Assembly: GCF_000195855.1 (NCBI RefSeq)
Contig: NC_002677.1
Span: 1,890,001-1,922,000 of the forward strand
Direction: 5' to 3'
DNA from: Mycobacterium leprae TN
Lineage (GTDB): Bacteria > Actinomycetota > Actinomycetes > Mycobacteriales > Mycobacteriaceae
Length of the DNA: 32,000 nucleotides
Below the pieces are notes generated by a model that did not search any database, was not told where the DNA came from, and worked only from the letters and a program-made list of their open reading frames with translations. Positions 1-10,885 of the stretch are shown in pieces. A program made the position numbers and the translations under genes. The number at the start of each line of letters is the position of its first letter. Position 1 is the first letter of the stretch.

Positions 1-558
1 AGCACCGCGACACCGACCTGCTCAGATGCCTGTCGCAGCACCTGCTCGTGGCCTGGCCGACTCAATACCGATTTAGAATCACACTGGCAAGCCTGGTTAG
101 CATTATTTAACGTGGACAAGCCTTGCAGGAAAGCAGCAATGCTGTGGCTCTGGCCGCACCCATCGATCACCAGGATAACCAGGGCACCCAGCAGACCGAT
201 TACGTGTGCAGTGGACCCCCGGAAGCATTGTGTTAGCCGCAGCGTACGCCGCGGCTAACACAATGCTTCCGTAGAACAAAACCATCACACTTTCGATCAC
301 AACGATGTAAGCGCCAGCAGCGCTGTGCGCATACAACGGGACAATGAACTGCTCATCCACCAATACCGGGACCAGCATTGTGGCCGAGGCGGGACGCGGC
401 CACAGTGTGGTAGCCAATCCAAACCCACCTCAAACGGCGCGACAATATGACCTGTCTTCCGCAGTGTTCCGATCAAAACCGTTGCAACCGTGATATCTCC
501 ACTGCCTAATGCGGGGAGGCGACAACCACCTCCGGTACTGGCGCCGCTTTGTGACCCA
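1..558 (-). pseudogene. cobB: Cobyrinic acid a,c-diamide synthase (CobB, Rv2848c-like) pseudogene, N-terminal part; continues past the window start
   Basis: Minus-strand pieces in different frames match CobB: 'VVVASPH*AVEISRLQRF' (degenerate P-loop region), 'PLYAHSAAGAYIVVIESVMVLFYG', 'TAHVIGLLGALVILVIDGCGQSHSIAAFLQGLST' and 'RPGHEQVLRQASEQVGVAVL'. Stops and frame changes separate the pieces. Confidence 0.7.
220..271. repeat. 52-bp palindrome with a single central mismatch pair (241/250), inside the cobB pseudogene
   Basis: Arm 220-240 'cggaagcattgtgttagccgc' is the exact reverse complement of 251-271. The core 242-249 'gcgtacgc' is itself palindromic. Read directly from the sequence. Confidence 0.95.
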
Positions 559-595
559 ATGCCACAAACGTCCTGCTTCCATCCGGTTTTTCACT

Positions 596-1150
596 TTAGG
601 TAATCCCGGTCGCTAAATCAGCAGACTCGACAAACAGTGGCGGAACATCACGTGCGATGATCACCACATGCTGCTGACCAGGCCAGACCAACAAAACGTC
701 CACCACATCGTCTACGTCGACCCAACCCCAGTTCAGCAGATAGGTGGACTCAATCCCAGCCCATAGAAACCATTGCTTTGTCAAGCCATCCGTTGCGGCC
801 TCCGCGTGATCGCGGTCGCTGCCCGCCTTGCACAACGTACGCGTCCAGAACCGGCCGGCACTCAATTTTATGCCATTCGACGGCCCCATCGACCCCGTTC
901 TGGTCGTGCAACTGATCAAACTGACGAAAAGCCGGCTCTTCACTGACTTTTCCCTTGACGCTCTTAACGAACTGGAAGACAACGAAGTCCAGTCCACTAT
1001 ATCTAGGAACACAAGAACATTCCAAACACTGCCGTCGATTTGTCCCTTGCCCGCACCGGTATGGATGCTAGTATGAATGTGTTGCACCGAGCACGGAGCC
1101 GATATTATCGCCGGTTGCTTGGAGCCCATACCCCTGTGAAATAAGCGTTT
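596..1150 (-). pseudogene. cobO: Cob(I)yrinic acid a,c-diamide adenosyltransferase (CobO, Rv2849c-like) pseudogene
   Basis: 'IHTGAGKGQ' (decayed P-loop), 'GLDFVVFQFVKSVKGKVSEE' in a second frame, and the C-terminus 'LLNWGWVDVDDVVDVLLVWPGQQHVVIIARDVPPLFVESADL'. At least one frameshift. The 281-aa ORF 596..1441 is a read-through fusion with the next pseudogene. Confidence 0.75.
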
Positions 1151-1159
1151 ACCGACTTC

Positions 1160-2228
1160 GGTCACCCTGCGCACAACGTACATCAGAATAATAAAAGCAT
1201 TTAGTTGTTCGAGCAGCACCGTCGGTGCCTCGAGTTGGCAGGCCAGTTGGCCAGCCAGCTCCAGCCGCATATACGACGTCTCGCAGTCCACTACCACGGA
1301 CGCATCCTCAGCTGCCAGCTGGTACGCCGTGATTCGACTGCGGACCAACGTGTCTGGCCCTAAAGCAGCCCAACCGTTGGTGAGTACGACGTTGTCCCCG
1401 TTCACACACCTTTCCCATATAACCAACTCACGCAACGCCAACAGACCTTTAGCGAGCGCTATTTTGCCGCCTGTGTCAAGTTGGGCTAGCCGGAGTACAG
1501 GAGATATACACTGACAATGTCAGCGGAGGAAGCAATTTCGCTTAGTGCTGACCGAAGGTGATCACCTCGACCGTGTAGCACCTTTGGTAGACGTCGCGCA
1601 GCAGCTACAGGGTGGCTCCGCTGACCACGGCCATGCGACTCCGGGCAGCCATCGAGCATGAAGCGTAGACAACGAAGATCACCCAGTTTGCCCTCGCGAC
1701 CCTGACGGATGGCACGGCGTACGTCGCCTGGCTCCGACCGCAGCGGCCCACTCCGGTGGCGAAAAGCAAAGTGGCGAGCATGTAAACCGTGAGCGTCGAC
1801 GTCACACGACACGTTCACGTACACGTCGAGGACGAACCGATCCAGCAGTTCCGGACACAGTTGACTCTCCTCCGGATTCATCATGCCGATCAACACGAAA
1901 CGATCCTCATGCGAGTAGGAGATGCCGTCACGCTCGATGTGTACTCATCCCATCGCCGCAGCGTAGAAAAGCACGTCAACCAGATGATCGTGGAGCAGGT
2001 TGACCTCATCGACATACAACACACCACCTGTAAGCACAGGCCAGCACCCCGGATGAAAACACGTACTCACCGCCGCGGAGCGCGCAGCGTGGCGTGCCCC
2101 CGACTACGTACGTTACGTTTCGTGCACACAGGACAATCCGAAACGCTTTTTCGCCTCCGGAGTGTTCCTCCATCAGCCGCAGCGTGCAGATCCACCTCGC
2201 CGTCGGCCGGTGCCAACCAGAAGTGCCG
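1160..2228 (-). pseudogene. Mg-chelatase ChlI/ChlD-like protein (Rv2850c-like) pseudogene, shortened
   Basis: Walker-B region '[35 protein letters not shown]' carries an in-frame TGA. It is followed by '[22 protein letters not shown]' and the vWA-like 'VVVDCETSYMRLELAGQLA'. The total span is much shorter than a roughly 630-aa chelatase. Confidence 0.7.
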
Positions 2229-2231
2229 AGT

Positions 2232-2375
2232 TTAGACTAGCCAGTCACGACCATCTAGCTCCGGATACGAGTACACCTGTTCTACGACGAAAAACTCCAC
2301 CCGCAAATTGAGTAGCTCGTAATGAATCTGAGCGTCAAAGTTTTTAGCCCAAATGCTAAGCAAAGCTTCAGTCAT
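2232..2375 (-). pseudogene. ElaA-type GNAT acetyltransferase (Rv2851c-like) N-terminal fragment, 47 codons then a stop
   Basis: The ATG at 2375 gives 'MTEALLSIWAKNFDAQIHYELLNLRVEFFVVEQVYSYPELDGRDWLV*'. This matches the ElaA N-terminal motif (LxLRxxVFVVEQxCPYxxxDGxD). The acetyl-CoA-binding remainder is absent. Confidence 0.6.
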
Positions 2376-2389
2376 AGGTCACACAGCCT

Positions 2390-3857
2390 TACAGCTATAA
2401 CGCTCCATAACCACACCTCGTCGATCAATTCGAACTCATGAGATAGTTCGACCCCCAGTGACTACACCATGTCCTTGACATGTAGATAACCGAGCCTGAT
2501 ACCGCTTGGCAAAACAACACGCAAGCACGTTGAGTATGTCCTACGCTGCGGTCGACTGCTCCCGGGAATCCACCCAACAGCAAGGCGCGATGCTACTGTC
2601 GACGGATCCCAGCACAGAGGTGCTGAATTCGATTATTCAGCCTTTACACCTATCTAACCGGATCATCCGCACGCGTTGACCAGGTACCGTAAGAAAACAG
2701 TCTCAATCCATTGCACTGGAATCGAATTAGAACATAATACGGACACGATCGAGTTCGATGATTGTTTTTGGCTGATCAGTATAGTCAAGCAGAGTGATAT
2801 CTATGATACCAACGTGGAGAATTAACAACAAGTTGTCAGGTTTGATCGAGCGGGGCAGGTCGGTAAAGTGATTTTTTCAAGAATTTTAGTGATCAACTGA
2901 CATACGGACCGAACACCAGCCACTACTTGCCGTTGACCAACCGTTGGTCCAGATGCAGCGCCCCAAAAGATGGCGCACCAGGCTCCTGAAGGCCATATAC
3001 TCTGGCCCGATGCGCAGCGGTGAATACAGGGCTGTCGGTGCGCAGAAACCGGCCACCGATCGGAAAGCCAGCTAACCCCTTGACCTCATCGATGCGGGAC
3101 TTTTACAGCAACTACAGGATATTACCGCCAACTCCGATAAAGACAAATTTGGTGTTCAACTTGTTCCTTTCGCCAGCCCGGCAGTTGCTGACAGTTAGCG
3201 TCCAGCTGCCGTCGAACTGACGAGATAGGTTGCGCACTTCGTGACCAAACAGCGTGATTGTGCCGTTGCGCACGCAAAAAACGATGAGCTGTCAGGAGAG
3301 TGAACCGAAATGGACATCCGTGCCATCCTGAGCCTAGTGCAGCGCAATCAGCTCAGAGAAGTCCATTTTGGCGGCCACCAACGGTTGCAGGAAGAGCGAA
3401 CTGGCCGGGGTCCTAAATCAGCTCAGTACGGACGAACAACAGGTTAGCAGCCAGCACCTGCTGTCAGCGCCGCGGGTAATAGACACGCTCAGTTCCGTGG
3501 ACGAAACTCACGTGCGGAATGCGGTTGAGGAAACTACGTACGTCGATCAGGATGGTATTTTCGGCGGCCTACGCCCAGAACTGGCTAACCACCTGGAATT
3601 GTTTGTTGATATGCATCGCTTTAGTGATGTCGATAGCACCGGAAGAGTTTTGTGAGGTATAATTCTAAACTCATAGTGCGGAGAGTCTGAGGCCGGCATT
3701 GTTCCAAGAAGCTGCTGCGTTCGGCGGCAACCACATCCAGCGACTCGATCAAGGTAATCAACCAGTCCGGCTCTAGCCGCTCTAGCAACGCACTCAGCGT
3801 GGCCCTCATTTTTCCGGCACCAACGAGCACAACGCTGGTGCTGGCTAGCTCTGACAC
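2390..3857 (-). pseudogene. mqo: Malate:quinone oxidoreductase (Mqo, Rv2852c-like) pseudogene
   Basis: N-terminus '[40 protein letters not shown]' (FAD fold), later '[49 protein letters not shown]' and 'GAPSFGALHLDQRLVNGK*WLVFGPY'. Multiple stops and frameshifts. The middle is visibly AT-enriched. Confidence 0.75.
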
Positions 3858-3939
3858 CCGTATCGTTGATCCTTCGTTTTAGCAAGACTTACTCGGCGAT
3901 GCCAGTCCCCAGGTTATCGCGACCGGGCCTACCCCAAAG

Positions 3940-5000
3940 CGGCGCCACAGAACCAACCCGAGCTAACCATCGCACACAATCTGTCACCACACTACTAAGC
4001 TCACCTCGTGACCAGCTGGAATCCCGATGTTCTGCCCAGTTATTAGCAGTACACAATCCCGCTCAGAATCAATACCGACGGGAGGGAGACATCGTCGCAA
4101 CCCTGATCCGTTGGGGGGAGCCGAAGGCGGCGCATGCGGTCTCTGTGGTGCACGGATACACCGATTACTTCTTCCACACCGAGCTGGCCAATCATTTCAC
4201 CAACCTCGGCTAACATTCTCATGCGCTAGACCGATACAAGTGCAGCCGGGGATGATAGCTTAGGCCAAACTCCGCACTTCATCACCAACATGTCGCAACT
4301 ACGACGCTGAACTCGAACACACCCTGTCAGTCATCGGCAAGCAGAACCTTTCAGCCAAAGTGCTGGCGTGCAGTCATTACACCGATGGACTCATCGTGGA
4401 GCTCCTGCTGGATAAGTTGCACCGGAGTGGTGCACCCGCGTGTGAGCAGTGGGATCCTAGTCCTTAGTAGCCCGTGGTTGGATTGCCAGGGCCCGGAGGT
4501 TCTGCATCTGGGCATGGCCGCGGCAGCAATCACGCCGCTATCGAGACTGTGCACAAACGGTGTATTCCGTTGCAGGGTAATGATGGTTACGGGTACATCC
4601 TGCACCGATAGTACGATCGGGGAGTTCGACTATAATCTGCAATGGAAGTCGCTGGAAGGCTTCCCGATTACCTTCGGCTGATTCAAATACCATGCGCCTC
4701 GGACAGGCACTGCTGCATTGCAGTCTCTCGACGTCAGGGTAACCGACTTAATTTTTAGTTGGGATCATAGCGTAAACGAAAGTAGTGTCCTGACGGCCCT
4801 GCAATACGGCTACGCGGTTTTCGACACTGCCCAGATCGCCTGGTAGGTGATTGTATGGACAACCGTAGTACCGTCGTTCCTGCAGTAGATGCCAAACGCA
4901 AAGTTTTCCTGTCACTTCCGCAACGGAGCCAGATGTCCTATCACCAAACGGACTTCTTATCTCAAACTATGGGACAACACCGACACCAGTGATGAGCGCA
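3940..5000 (+). pseudogene. Alpha/beta hydrolase, lysophospholipase-like (Rv2854-like) pseudogene
   Basis: 'AVSVVHGYTDYFFHTELANHFTNLG*', then in other frames 'HALDRYKCSRG' (compare YALDLRKxGRS), 'LVLSSPWLDCQGPE', and a C-terminal region 'AVFDTAQIAW*'. Boundaries are approximate. Confidence 0.55.
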
Positions 5001-5069
5001 AGCGCGGCGAAGCTGAGTGCAGCGGGTCATCACCATCGATCTCAGCATCGTTACGGAAAGGGTAAGCAA

Positions 5070-6470
5070 AAAATAGGAATTACAACATCGCTGTAATCGG
5101 AACAAGTTCGGGAAAAGCATTCCAGCAGATCGATATGCCGAACAAGCGGAAAGCAATCTGCGAACAGGACTTCATGGGGACTTTCCTGAACTCCGGATGC
5201 ATACCTACGAAGATGTTCGTCTCTACTGCCAAAAACTTCAATTTTATCAGACGTTCGGCATGATATGATATCGATACACGTATCTACCGGGTGCGCTGAG
5301 AATATATCGTCCCACGCATCTTCGGAAGGATCGATCCAATCAGGTTCAGCAGCGAGTACTACCACTATCGACAGTAAGCACCTAATATCCGACGCATACC
5401 ACCAGAACACCAGGTTCGGAACCGTTAAAGCCTACGGGTTTTATCTGCTGAGCACCGAAGCTGGTGAAGAATTCACCGACGAACAAGTGGTAATCGTAGC
5501 GGGACCGCGGCTAGTGGTTCCGCCGGCCATCTTTGCATCCGACTTCAAAGTATCACACCAGCGATAACGTCATGCAGATATCTGAGTTGCCCGAACATAC
5601 CGTGATCATCGAAAGAGGATTTTTTGCAGCAGAATTCGCGCACATCTTCTCCACTCTTGGGGGTACAGGTCATCCCGGTGATCCGGGACGGCACATTGCT
5701 TCGGCACTACAATGACACTATCTGCGAACGGTTCACCCGCACCGCTTTGAGCACATGGGAACTGCACACCTATCTTAACAGCTTAAGGACACAGAATCGT
5801 AGCTCCGGCGTCATCGTGACGCTCGACGATGGTTGCGAGTTGCACGCCGACCTAATGCTGGTGGCGATCAGCAAGGCGTCCAATGCCAATCGCCTTGACG
5901 ACTAGCAGAACAGTATCGAAATCGAGGACAGTCGTGTGGTAGTCGACGAATATCAAGTACTTCCGCACATCGCGTTTTAGCTCTCAAGGATGTCTCGCTC
6001 CACATCTTCTCAAGCATGCTGCCAACCACAAAGCCCACATCTTGGCGCACAATCTCTGGTGCGATTGTTACGCCACTTGGTCGATGGCTGTGACCAACCT
6101 CCGGAACGTACCTTAGGTAGTATTTACCAATACCCATTGGATGCTATCTTGTTGACCGAAAATCAAGCTTTCGCAAGTTCACTCGATATTTCCATCAGGG
6201 TAAAGGACTACGGCAACTTCGCGTACGGCTAGGCCATAGAAGACGCCACCGGACTTATTACGCTCATCACCCAGCACGGCAGCCGGCGCCTGCTGGGTGT
6301 ACACATCCTGGGCTACCAGGAATCCCCTATCACACAACCGCTGACTCAAGCTATGAACTGCGGGGCTAACCGTGCACCAAATAGCATGTGGCCAATACTG
6401 GATCCATCCTGCGCTGCCCGAAGGAGTCGAAAAAAGCGCTAGTCGGTCCGCGCTGACCTTAACGACGCTG
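5070..6470 (+). pseudogene. mtr: Mycothione (mycothiol disulfide) reductase (Mtr, Rv2855-like) pseudogene
   Basis: 'YNIAVIGTSSGKAF..KRKAICEQDFMGTFLNSGCIPTKMF' has the redox CxxxxC degraded to FLNSGC. Also 'HTSDNVMQISELPEHTVIIERGFFAAEFAHIFSTLG', 'VTLDDGCELHADLMLVAI' and 'GQYWIHPALPEGVE'. The pieces lie in at least three frames. Confidence 0.8.
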
Positions 6471-6642
6471 CGGATGGCGAATACACCTAATCCGTTGGTA
6501 ACAGCCGGGTCCAGAGCCGACGACTTGGGCGTCACCTGGCCAGAATCAGCCCCGATACCTGGGATCGCCAATTTTCAGCCGCAATAGGGAACGGCGTGAC
6601 TCCTGTAATCCACTTGCATAGAGCCGGTGACTCAACTGCACA

Positions 6643-7664
6643 GTGGTGGCTGTTGCGTTTTGCCCGACCTACGTTAGAAGGACCGACATGATCGGTAAGG
6701 AGTTCGATAAAAGCCCATCGTGGTCATCACGGTTCTGCACAGCACATGGCTTCATAGCGCCAACAGAATGGCCGACGGCTGGAATTGATGTTGGTGGTTA
6801 TCGTGCTCGCTGCACCTGGTTGGCTGGACCACTGTGGAGTGCTTCGTCCAGTCAGCACAGTTCTCCTTGGGCGGCAAGATATTTAGTATCGATATCAAGT
6901 TGACGGCATTACACCTTGGGCTTGCGGTACGCGTTCGGCACCGAACATATTACGGCGATCTACACCACCATCCGCAAGCTGATGAACGATGGGAAACGTC
7001 CCCTGGTGTCGGATCGGTGCTGCTGGGCCACGTCACAATGGTTTTCAGGATGGCGGTGCTGCTAGCAACCGGAGGTAAAACCATCGTCGGACCGGTTAAG
7101 GATAACTCCTCGTCGCTGCACCATTGCACAGCGCTGGTTGACAACAACGCCTCAAGGATGCTCCTCTACCGCATCGCGCTCCTCGACGTCATCATACTGA
7201 TCGGCATGCTGGCGGAGGGTAATTAGCACAGTTGCGCCGCAAGCAGCTACGACGAAGCTAAGCTGGAACAACAGTTGGACAATCGAGTACTGATCAACCG
7301 TTTTGTCGGACGCTGGACTACAGCAATCAGCAAGTCCTGGCACGCTGTACCCGATCGAATTGTTGTTTGAGCTGGTTTCAATACCGCCACCGAAATCGCT
7401 CCGCTGGTCATGGCAGGGGCCACCGCAGCCAACGGACTATCGTGGCATGCTATTCTGCACCTGCGCGTACCGTTCACCGCCGGCATGTGTCTGCTGGACA
7501 ACATCGGTGGGCTGGTTTATGAACTTTGCCTACGGTTGGGCTTTTGCCAATCCGATACACAAATTATCTACTACAACATCACCATCACCGTACTGTTGGC
7601 GGCTGTCGCCCTGCGGATCATCAACGTCGAATTATTCAGCCTGTTCGCCGACCCGTTCGGCTAG
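6643..7664 (+). pseudogene. nicT: NiCoT-family nickel/cobalt transporter (NicT, Rv2856-like) pseudogene
   Basis: 'FSLGGKIFSIDIKLTALHLGL', then in another frame 'AFGTEHITAIYTTIRKLMNDGKRPL' (the NiCoT signature HAFDADHIAAIDNTTRKLM, degraded). C-terminal 'NFAYGWAFANPI' and 'YYNITITVLLAAVAL'. Frameshifted. Confidence 0.7.
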
Positions 7665-7949
7665 CAGGGAGGGTTTTGTAAATGTGTCAATGGCCTTGAC
7701 CGCAACACGATCGGCTATTGGGTGGTCGGTATGTTGTCGTCACCTAGGCTACGATGCTACTGGTCTGGCGCTACGGCCGTATCGAAGAACGGTGGTCCTC
7801 ACCCGAAAGCGCAACCTGATCCCTTGGCCGTCCGCGCCAGATATGCAATCACCGGCGTGACACTCCGACCTGTGCATGTGGATGTCTGGGCCAACGGCTG
7901 ACCCACGTCGAGCCACATGCGATCTGCCAACAGGCTAGGGCGGGCCCAT

Positions 7950-8800
7950 ATACCTAGTCCAGTTCCGAATCAATCTGCGATGTACTGCCCGCTGCGGCTG
8001 CGCTGCTAGGGGTTCCGAGTGCACTCGACAAACTGACGTTGACAAATTGGTTGTGCCATGTCAATCAGGTCAACCGAGTCGGTCGCGTCACGGTGCTGGC
8101 CTGAGAGGTTTCTCGGCAATGGATTGACCTACGCAGCATATCGCGATGTGCGGTTTGTTCTCACAAACATGACCGAGGACTACACCCAGCAGTTGGCCGA
8201 CGAGGTTTCGCGCAGGGACGGGTCTGGTCTATGGCTATATATTACCGAACTAGACACCGCAGCTCATGCGTTCGGTATCGGTTCTTACCAATGGCACGAC
8301 GCAGCGGCCCACGTCAATGGATTGCTGACCCACCTGACTGAGGTGCTGCCCCGGAATGCAGTGCTGCTGGTGACCGCCAACCATGGCGTCCTTAACGTCC
8401 CCAACGACTCAAGCATCGACGTCAACGCCGACCCGACTAGTGCACGAAGGAATACGGGTGGTCGCCGGAGAGCCGCGAATGCGCTACCTACACACTCAAC
8501 CCCAGCGCCGCAGTCGACGTAACTGACACCTGGCGCGAGCTACTGGACAGCTGAGTAAGCAAGTGTAAAGCCGCGATCAGACCGTGTCCATCGGACTGTT
8601 CGGGCCGAATGTTAACCCGCGGTACCTACCCCGGCATCGGCGATGTCGCCGTCTAGAACGGCAACAGGGGGTACAGACGACCGAGTATAATATAAGCCAG
8701 TCAGAATCGGCGCGATTCATCGGTTTTCACGTCGCGTGCGCCCCAGCCGAAATGGTAGTCTGGACACTCGTTTTGCAACCTCTTGCCTGCTGCTGAGATT
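7950..8800 (+). pseudogene. Type I phosphodiesterase/nucleotide pyrophosphatase (alkaline-phosphatase superfamily) pseudogene
   Basis: 'SICDVLPAAAALLGVPSALDKLTL', 'LWLYITELDTAAHAFGIGSYQWHDAAAHVNGLLTHLTEVLPRNAVLLVTANHGVLNV' (the DHG metal site reads NHG), and 'GIGDVAV*NG' with an in-frame stop. Boundaries are approximate. Confidence 0.55.
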
Positions 8801-8982
8801 TCGGCATGCTCAAATACTTCGGCAAGTCCTGCCATACCATCGTTGTCCAACCTCAGCGAACGGCTCCTGCAACATAACCAGTACCCGACCTTGGCAACGA
8901 GGTAGGAAATAGAGCCTCCGGGTAGGATTGACTGCTACCACTAGACCTTCCCTCTCAGATCGCAATGAACACAATTTTTTGG

Positions 8983-9732
8983 TCAGCTGTACTCTACGCA
9001 TCTGCTATTAGCGTAGCGGCACGCAGCATCGACTATCGCGGTGAACAGCCGCAGGTCACTCAGGGCCTTCTCCGGATGCCATTGCACACCAAGCACAAAA
9101 GCATCCCCCGGTAACTCTACCGCCTCGACCACGCCATCAGCGTCCCATGCACTGACCACCAAGCCGTCACCGAGCTTGTCGATGGATTGATGGTGGTAGC
9201 ACCGCGCTTCGACGAACTCGCCCAGCACAGCTGCCAACCGAGTACCCGGCACAGTGCGAACCAGCAAGTTGTTAAACACCGCATTGCCCACCCAATGCTT
9301 GCTATGACCGATCACTTCAGGCAGGTGCTGATGCAGCGTGCCGCCCAGCGCGATATTAAGCAGCTGCGCGCCACGGCAAATACCTAGCACCGGCAGCCCG
9401 CGCTGCAGCGCAGCCTCGAACAGCGCGAATTCCCAGGAGTCTCGGGTAGTACGGGGCTCGTCGGTGCTCGGATGCGGTCTCTGGCCATAGGTAGCGGGAT
9501 CGACATCATAACCACCGGTGATCACCAGACCGTCCAGGCCATCGAGTGCGAGGCCAGCGATCTCGGGATCGACCGGCTGCGGCGGCAGCAGCACCGCGAT
9601 ACCGCCGGCCATGGCGACGCCTTGAAAGTAATCGGCCGGGAGATAACCTGCAGGGACGTCCCAGAGCCCAGTGTGCACCTGCTCCAGGTAGGCTGTCAAA
9701 CCCACTACTGGTCTCGAGCCGCTCAAATCCAC
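8983..9732 (-). CDS. Class-I glutamine amidotransferase, gamma-glutamyl hydrolase type (peptidase C26, PuuD-like; Rv2859c-like), apparently intact
   Basis: Uninterrupted ORF with nucleophile motif 'LGICRGAQLLN' and 'GVQWHPE'. The longest ORF starts at 9852 but would overlap the glnA4 remnant. The GTG at 9732, preceded by 'ggagagggg', fits better. The start remains uncertain. Confidence 0.8.
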   Translation of the reverse strand: MDLSGSRPVVGLTAYLEQVHTGLWDVPAGYLPADYFQGVAMAGGIAVLLPPQPVDPEIAGLALDGLDGLVITGGYDVDPATYGQRPHPSTDEPRTTRDSWEFALFEAALQRGLPVLGICRGAQLLNIALGGTLHQHLPEVIGHSKHWVGNAVFNNLLVRTVPGTRLAAVLGEFVEARCYHHQSIDKLGDGLVVSAWDADGVVEAVELPGDAFVLGVQWHPEKALSDLRLFTAIVDAACRYANSRCVEYS

Positions 9733-9772
9733 GTACCCCTCTCCGAATCGATGACCACCGCGTTGGATTTGT

Positions 9773-10700
9773 TCAGTTATTGTGCGACCACGTGGCGGCG
9801 GTCTCAGCCAGCGTAGCTGGCAGCTGTTCCGCGCCGGAAACGTCGTCGGCATGGCCAGCGCCGGCCTCGGGTGGCTGCAATTTTCGCTCTATCTCATATA
9901 ACACTGCCGCGATCAAGGCGGCCACCGCGTGGTACACGTTGACATCGCCGCCGACGACTAGCGTAGCGCAACTGCGGTTCCCAGCACCCATGTACGGTGG
10001 TCAGCGCGCAGCTGCAGTAGTCAAATAGCTTGTAGGAATTATGTTCGGCGCGTATCGCGCGAAGACCGCAGATCTATCCTGCGGCCTGCAGCCAGAGATA
10101 GATGTGGCGACGCTACCAGGTGCTGGTGCACAATATGATCGCTGCGTCCACAACTCCTGGGCGTTGCGTCAACCCAGCAGGTCCACCATGCGGTAATCGG
10201 CGTGGACTGAACCACGGGCCTGTCTACCTATCATCTGCCCGAGCGTCAGGAAAACTGACCAGCACGGTGGTAGCAATCTCCACCGGCGGACAGTCTCCAT
10301 CGCGAACCACGCCGTTGAGGTCAGCCACCAGCGGATGTCCGCGATGGATAGCGGCGAGACCAACGGCCGACCTAACCTGAGCGCCGCCAACTCCTCCCAG
10401 GCGAGCTTCACCGCCGACACGGTCGCTGACCACCACCGCCCAGGCGATCCCCAGGGCATCAAGGATGCTCGACCACCGACTTGGCCAGTCAGTCGCGGGT
10501 CAGAGCCAATAACGACAGGTCCACAGCGAAGCGGTATGTAGGCGCTCGCACACCGCTTCACAGGGGAACAGGCCCGCGCTGCGTACCACGACCATGACAC
10601 CCGCCTCCAGACCGGCTATAAAGACCGGGACCGAAATATCCGTCAAACACGCGATATAGCCAATCAGCTTGTTTAATCACCATTTCCGCGAGTTGTCTCA
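9773..10700 (-). pseudogene. glnA4: Glutamine synthetase-like GlnA4 (Rv2860c-like) pseudogene, truncated
   Basis: C-terminal 'GGDVNVYHAVAALIAAVLYEIERKLQPPE' (GS C-terminal helix motif) and upstream 'FARYAPNIIPTSY' (compare APTxNSYKR). The roughly 0.9 kb before mapB is too short for a 457-aa GS. Several stops. Confidence 0.55.
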
Positions 10701-10885
10701 ACCACTGCCAGTTCCGGATGCGCCTAAGTTACCTACCATTAAATAAGTTAAGTCAGTATTTACCAAGCTGTTACGGATACAGCACATCACCGAGTTGCAC
10801 GTGCACCAACAGTCGCCGCGGCGGTGGGGCAATCATGCATATCAACGACCAAATACCCAGGTCGAGGCGCGATTACCCGGCCAGA

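Noticed and set aside
596-1441. 281-aa minus-strand ORF that could be called as an intact gene
   Set aside because: Its N-terminal third matches a chelatase vWA C-terminus. Its C-terminal part matches CobO only in patches, and other CobO motifs lie in a different frame (ORF 750..1025). It is a chance fusion of two pseudogenes.
8810-9001. 63-aa minus-strand ORF as a remnant of the aldC (Rv2858c) C-terminus
   Set aside because: There is only a vague resemblance ('SLRSEREG' against the aldehyde dehydrogenase 'SGxGREG'). It is too short and weak to call, and it overlaps the end of the amidotransferase ORF.
10059-10095. Short hairpins ('ccgcag..ctgcgg', 'atctatc..gatagat') within the glnA4 remnant, and other 6-7-bp stems (1511-1523, 2441-2460, 13836-13858)
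   Set aside because: The stems are only 6-7 bp with loose loops, which is within chance expectation for 32 kb. They are not comparable to the three palindromes over 50 bp.
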